From contig NIVC01004869.1 of the NCBI GenBank assembly GCA_002269645.1, forward strand, positions 1-32,807: a stretch of DNA of 32,807 nucleotides. The letters run 5' to 3'. Numbering within the stretch: position 1 is the first letter of the stretch; each line of letters starts with the position of its first letter. Of the stretch, positions 30,469 to 32,807 are shown piece by piece. This DNA comes from Macrostomum lignano (Eukaryota). The notes beneath the pieces are model-generated. The model did no database searches. It saw only the letters and a program-made list of their open reading frames with translations, and was not told the DNA's origin. A program made the translations under genes and the position numbers.

Positions 30469-30930
30469 CTGCACCGCTAGAAATGTCCGCTTAGACTACT
30501 ACTGATGAACATAATAATTACGAGCATAAACAATAAGTAGTGCGTATTTTATGCCAAATACTTGGATTTTTTATAACTTCACAGTCAAGTCATGCAAATA
30601 TAGCCTAATGCTTTGTGATTTTCTCATTTTTATAGGAAAAACATGTTTATCCTATGTTTAGTGTTTCTGTTTTGAGTTGAATTCAACCAGGAAATTATTG
30701 ATCGTTGAAGATCAACTTATTATAGGATTTGGATGCAAGTTCAATATATATATCTGTTGAGAAATGCACAATAAGCGCGTCTTTAACTGTGTTACCTTTC
30801 AAGACAACATTTATTAATACTTTTGCATATTTAGATTATTTGTGTCCTTAATAAATACTTAAAGTACTAGTTTAAACAAGTCCACCAGAATTGTGTCTAG
30901 TCAGGGGATCCTTTTTGACTTTTGACCACG

Positions 30931-31260
30931 GTTTATGTTAGGGTTTAGTTTAGATTAGGTTTTTATGTTCAGGTTAGGTTTTCCATTTAGGTTAGGTTTA
31001 GGTTGGGTTTAGGGTTTAGGTTTATGGTTTAGGTCAGGGTTTAGGGTTAGGGTTTAGGGTTTTGGTTAGAGTTTATAATTTAGGTTGTGGTTTAGGGTTA
31101 GGGTTTAGGGTTTTGGTTAGAGTTTATAATTTAGGTTGTGGTTTAGGGTTAGGGTTTAGGGTTTTGTTTAGAGTTTATAATTTAGGTTGTGGTTTAGGGT
31201 TCAGGTTAGGGTTTATGGTTTATGGTTTAGGTAAGTTAGGGTTTATGGTTTAGGTTTAGG
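30931..31260 (+). repeat. Interstitial telomere-like TTAGGG/TTTAGGG tract with a 51-bp higher-order unit
   Basis: GGTTTAGGGTTAGGGTTTAGGGTTTTGGTTAGAGTTTATAATTTAGGTTGT three times at 31038-31190, within degenerate TTAGG(G) repeats. Confidence 0.9.
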
Positions 31261-31527
31261 ACTCTCTGTATAAGCTCGTACTAATATCCACTAGCTTTGC
31301 AACAACTGACACAATTTTCCAATAATCTGTAATCAACGACTTGTTTTGATCAGTTCAAGTACTTCGCAGATCAAATTGTTTTTGACGCGCAGTGAAAATT
31401 TTTTGAGAATTTAACGCATTACTAAAACCATAAAAAGCAACTTTATGAAATTGTACTGTGGAATAGCAGCTGTTTGTTATAATGATAATTTTTGCAGGAC
31501 CGCTGTGGCATCCTGCATATGCTTTCC

Positions 31528-31685
31528 GCGACATCGTCCCTCAGCCAGTCCGCTCACTTCTGACCTCATGAGTACAAGCTCACCAATATTGTACAGGCAC
31601 GCACTCATAAACACGCTCACACGGTGTGTACAGTGGCGCTGATTTTCTAATCTTCAGACATGTACACTCTGTGCTTTGGCTGGGA
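31528..31685 (-). mobile_element. Older partial relative of the SINE body
   Basis: ACAGGCACGCACTCA..GTGTACAGTGGCGCTGATTTT..GACATGTACACTCTGTGCTTTGG aligns by eye with the same stretch of copy 2 (ACAGGCACACACTCA..GTGTACAGCGGCCCTGACTTT..GGCATGTCCACTTCACTGTGCCTTGG). Confidence 0.6.
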
Positions 31686-31692
31686 TGTGGGT

Positions 31693-32064
31693 TGTTTTTT
31701 ATTTTTATTAGAGGCAAGGGCAGTGTGCACCTGGCGCACTTCAAGCGACATTGTCGCACAACCGGCGAGAGGCATTACTGCCATTCGCCGACTCCCCTGA
31801 GCAGGCACACAAGCGCGCCAATACGAACGCAGTCATACGCACAGGCACACACTCACACAGGAGTGTACAGCGGCCCTGACTTTATTTATCGTTAGGCATG
31901 TCCACTTCACTGTGCCTTGGGGGTTGGCCCTCAAGGCCGTTAACTGCACGAGCAGAGCCAAGCCGAGATTCCAATTTAGCCCCAAATGAATGTGACTGCA
32001 CTTGGAATCAAGCCTGGGCCGCTGGCACATCAAAACGCCGCGCCAGACCACTTGGCTACAGCCT
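31693..32064 (-). mobile_element. tRNA-derived SINE, copy 2
   Basis: The reverse strand starts GGCTGTAGCCAAGTGG (A box), then GGCTTGATTCC (B box). The body matches 15957-16315 and ends in AATAAAAATAAAAAA. Confidence 0.9.
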
Positions 32065-32166
32065 AAGGGTATAAGGGTGTCTGAAAGTCAAAATAATGAA
32101 ACTTCAACCAAGCAGCAGGAACCCTGTTTTGCATACCTTTGTGTAAAATAATTTTCGAAGCCAAGC

Positions 32167-32280
32167 TTTATCTGCATTTTTGTCTCCAGGGTCCTAAGCA
32201 TGTCTCAGATTTGGTTTTATCTGCATTTTTGTCTCCAGGGTGCTAAGCATGTCGCAGATTTGGTTTTATCTGCATTTTCG
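32167..32280 (+). repeat. 49-bp tandem repeat (about 2.3 copies)
   Basis: TTTATCTGCATTTTTGTCTCCAGGGT(C/G)CTAAGCATGTC(T/G)CAGATTTGGT at 32167 and 32216, partial at 32265. Confidence 0.9.
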
Positions 32281-32488
32281 CGTCGCAGTTAAAGTCGCAG
32301 ATTTAGCCACCACACCTATGAAAGCTAGTTGAGTCTTAAAGCCTTATCTAATCTGACTGAACAAGCGTTTCTATATGGGACTGTCTTGCAGACATTTTTC
32401 TCTGTATAAATTAATTCTTCATTGAATAGCAGTCGTGGTTCCATTAGCCAGCTATAGAGCTGATCAGGGCTTACTAAAGGTCATAAAA

Positions 32489-32807
32489 ATGCCTTCAAAC
32501 TACACAGTAAACTGTTTGTTGGACTCTGTAGCCAAAACCGTAGGCGAAGGTCCCTTCTGGGAGCCCGTCACCAAGACTCTGTACTTTGTTAGCGCCTTTG
32601 ACGGCGCAGTTCACCTGTGGAGTGAGCCGAATAATTACCACAGCACCATCCAGGTGACCGAAAAGCAGGGCAGCTGTGTCAGCTTCGTCATCCCCTGTCA
32701 GAGTGGTGGTTTCCTAGCTGGCATCAACAACACCATCGTGCACTGCGACTGGCAGGCTGGAGAGCTGAAACGTCGAGTGCTGCGCGAAGTAGATCCTCAG
32801 GAGCCAA
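32489..32807 (+). CDS. RGN: Regucalcin / SMP-30 paralog, copy 2, 5' part (runs off the window); lacks intron 1
   Basis: MPSNYTVNCLLDSVAKTVGEGPFWEPVTKTLYFVSAFDGAVHLWSEPNNYHSTIQVTEKQGSCVSFVIPCQSGGFLAGINNTIVHCDWQAGELKRRVLREVDPQEP reads uninterrupted. It has 14 differences from copy 1 in 106 aa by hand count. Confidence 0.93.
   Translation, partial: MPSNYTVNCLLDSVAKTVGEGPFWEPVTKTLYFVSAFDGAVHLWSEPNNYHSTIQVTEKQGSCVSFVIPCQSGGFLAGINNTIVHCDWQAGELKRRVLREVDPQEP

Noticed and set aside
30931-31260. True chromosome end
   Set aside because: The repeats are degenerate, short and flanked on both sides by unique sequence and genes.

Overview
Eukaryotic genomic DNA with GT-AG introns, most likely from an invertebrate animal (FAIM, a tRNA-SINE and TTAGGG-like tracts; the taxon cannot be fixed from sequence). 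The ORF track ignores introns and is mostly repeat artefacts. Host genes assembled by hand: a FAIM C-terminal-domain gene (+, 303-1227), an ankyrin-less GPANK1-like G-patch gene with five SUMO-interacting-like motifs (+, 21996-22928), a single-domain cyclophilin (-, 24553-23275, convergent with the G-patch gene) and two tandem regucalcin/SMP-30 paralogs (+, 28533-30468 complete; 32489 to window end, partial) that differ by one intron. Mobile DNA: a CMC/EnSpm-like non-autonomous element (5473-7991), a Merlin/IS1595-like deletion derivative (10251-10801), a dead multi-exon KDZ transposase (-, about 16884-12296) hit by a SINE, a hairpin element and a CT tract, two full and one partial copy of a tRNA-derived SINE, three small foldback/MITE-like elements and a Penelope-type minimal hammerhead ribozyme motif (about 17548-17590). 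There are many minisatellites (16, 20, 22, 24, 25/30, 30-31, 49 and 51 bp units). Best leads: the poly-SIM G-patch protein, a possible intron gain caught between the regucalcin paralogs, the animal KDZ element, the hammerhead, and CpG decay concentrated in transposons while exons and satellites keep their CpGs. All alignments and motif calls were done by eye; no database search was run.
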